Source of the DNA: Gammaproteobacteria bacterium
Lineage (GTDB): Bacteria; Pseudomonadota; Gammaproteobacteria; UBA4575
Assembly (NCBI GenBank): GCA_965221955.1
Contig: CBDCTA010000029.1
Coordinates: 1-64,000, forward strand
Reading direction: 5' to 3'
Length of the DNA: 64,000 nt
Of this stretch, positions 62,274 to 64,000 are shown one piece after another; within the stretch, counting starts at the first letter, position 1; the number at the start of each line of letters is the position of its first letter. The notes beneath the pieces are model-generated. The model was not told where the DNA came from, did no database searches, and saw only the letters and a list, made by a program, of their open reading frames with translations. The translations under genes were made by a program, and so were the position numbers.

Positions 62274-63086
62274 TTAGTGTTGACACTGTACACAAAAGAA
62301 GCTGCTGCGTTGACCGATTGTGCGTACTTTTATTGGATTTTTACATACTGGGCAAGGTTTTCCGGTTTGGTTATATACATTTAATTGGTTGGCAAAGTAA
62401 CCGGGCTTACCGTCTTCACGTACAAAGTCGCGCAAAGTAGTGCCCCCTAATTTAATAGCATTAGCGAGGACTGTTTTAATATTATTTGCAAGAACATTGT
62501 AGCGTGCCAAAGAGATTCTACCTGCTGCACGTTGCGGATGTATGCCACTTAAAAATAGAGATTCACTAGCATAAATATTACCTACCCCGACGACAATATG
62601 GCTATTCATAATAAAATTTTTAACACTTACTTTTTTAGCCCGGGCAAGACGATGCAAGTGTGTACCATTAAAATCTTCGCTCAACGGTTCAGGGCCTAGC
62701 TTTAGTAACAATTTATGTTGCAATGGATCTTTATTTGTCCATAAAACCGCACCAAAACGCCTAGGGTCATGAAAGCGTAATGTTTTTTTATCAAATACTA
62801 TATCGACGTGGTCATGTTTGCGTGGTTCGGTTTGTGGTTTAATCATGCGCAAACTACCTGACATACCCAAGTGAAGAATTAAGTGTCCTGTTTCAGTTGC
62901 AAACAATAAATATTTCGCACGGCGCTTAATATCTAAAATTTTTTGGTGTTTAAGTTTTTGTTTGAGGTTGCGGGGCACAGGCCAACGCAAATTGGTTTGA
63001 CGGACAACTACATTTTCAATTTTTTTGTTTTTTACATACGGTGTGATACCGCGACGAGTTGTCTCTACTTCGGGTAATTCGGGCAT
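62274..63086 (-). CDS. mutM: Formamidopyrimidine-DNA glycosylase
   Basis: MPELPEVE, HLGMSG, GNIY and a C-terminal zinc finger. Confidence 0.98.
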   Translation of the reverse strand: MPELPEVETTRRGITPYVKNKKIENVVVRQTNLRWPVPRNLKQKLKHQKILDIKRRAKYLLFATETGHLILHLGMSGSLRMIKPQTEPRKHDHVDIVFDKKTLRFHDPRRFGAVLWTNKDPLQHKLLLKLGPEPLSEDFNGTHLHRLARAKKVSVKNFIMNSHIVVGVGNIYASESLFLSGIHPQRAAGRISLARYNVLANNIKTVLANAIKLGGTTLRDFVREDGKPGYFANQLNVYNQTGKPCPVCKNPIKVRTIGQRSSFFCVQCQH

Positions 63087-63109
63087 TTAGGATAAATCAA
63101 AGTTTCCTG

Positions 63110-64000
63110 TCAGGCTTGGTAAAAGGCTTCAATTTCAACTAGTAGATTCTCTCGACACATATCACCGAGTAATAGTGCGCGTGGTGTAGTATTAGAGAGC
63201 CTCGCGGCTAACACTTGCTTAATCTGCTCTACGTCTTCACGGTGACGGATGTAGACCTTCATATATAACAGATCATCTTGTGCATTCAGTTTGGTTTGAA
63301 ATTTATCGTTCGCATGCGCCACTAAAGTTTCGACATTGTTAATAGCCTCATTTAATTGCGCACAAACATCATCAATATGTAAAGTTTCATGTCCAACAAT
63401 GCTTGCCGTGCCTGACACATAAAAATGTGTGCGTGGGCCCCAGGTTTTAATCAAGCCGCGGGAAAATAATGGTTGTGTATGGCGATCTTCTACTGGGTAA
63501 TCATATGCGCTGGTTTGGCGTGGGTTCTCAACCGCTGTACCTGGAGTGTCGCTGGCTAAAAAATAAATCTGAAATTTATCTTCATGATTACCGATTACAG
63601 TTGCTGCCGGATAGATCTTGGTTTTAACGCCGCAGGCTTGCATCGCTTGCAGTCTGCCACGACAAAAGGTTTCATAGCGATTTAGTTCGGGTTGTTGTCT
63701 ATCTACAATGGTGATGCCTGGAAAGAAATTCCATGTGCGCAGTAAATGTTTACAAGTCGTATTCTTTAGGCATTGATAAATTTCACTATAGGCTTGCTCA
63801 GTCAAGGTTTGTAAATCTGCATCCGCAGAACATGCTAGTTCGATAAAGCCAAACAACATTTGTGGAGTACAGGCATAACGAATATTTTTATAGCTATCTT
63901 GGGCAACACGCTGATCAGTGAACCAATATTGCGCAAAAAGATTGGCGCCTAGCAGCTCTAATTCGGTTTGAATCGATAAGCAATTTTGCTGCTGGCTGGC
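63110..64000 (-). CDS. FkbO/Hyg5-family chorismatase-like (XanB2-like) protein, 5' end beyond the window
   Basis: LLRTWNF, PAATVIG, ENPRQTSAY.YP, VSGTASIVGHE and CRENLLVEIE; frame open to position 64000. Confidence 0.8.
   Translation of the reverse strand, partial: ASQQQNCLSIQTELELLGANLFAQYWFTDQRVAQDSYKNIRYACTPQMLFGFIELACSADADLQTLTEQAYSEIYQCLKNTTCKHLLRTWNFFPGITIVDRQQPELNRYETFCRGRLQAMQACGVKTKIYPAATVIGNHEDKFQIYFLASDTPGTAVENPRQTSAYDYPVEDRHTQPLFSRGLIKTWGPRTHFYVSGTASIVGHETLHIDDVCAQLNEAINNVETLVAHANDKFQTKLNAQDDLLYMKVYIRHREDVEQIKQVLAARLSNTTPRALLLGDMCRENLLVEIEAFYQA

Overview
This is an AT-rich gammaproteobacterial chromosome segment with three parts. (1) 1-2.4 kb: small genes, including a globin fragment, a DUF4404-like protein and a host-attachment/baeRF12-like protein, with a perfect FNR box upstream of the minus-strand cluster. 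(2) 2454-20616: an ~18 kb integrative element in the 3' half of tRNA-Ile2(CAT), bounded by 47-bp direct repeats. It has a minimal int/AlpA/wHTH core and conflict-type cargo: a translationally coupled MazG(+MazG-C) / thymidylate-synthase-like / UDG4-Panacea operon, an orphan R-M controller (C) protein with its C-box, a SRAP protein, small genes bounded by three ~28-bp palindromic sites, a HEPN gene, and a 2073-aa secreted RHS toxin with a candidate immunity gene. (3) 20.7-64 kb: housekeeping genes (rpoD, dnaG, dgt, aroKB, pilMNOPQ, mrcA, hemE, rpsU, tsaD, plsY, bioHC, aa3-type cox cluster, CIRCE-preceded rpoH, ftsYEX, M16 peptidases, rsmD, coaD, ggt, mutM). Several +1 frameshifts (pilQ, mrcA, hemE, one island gene) look like sequencing errors. 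The best candidates for an undescribed system are the MazG/TS/UDG-Panacea operon and the palindrome-bounded cassette array. All family calls come from motif recognition by eye; no database search was run.
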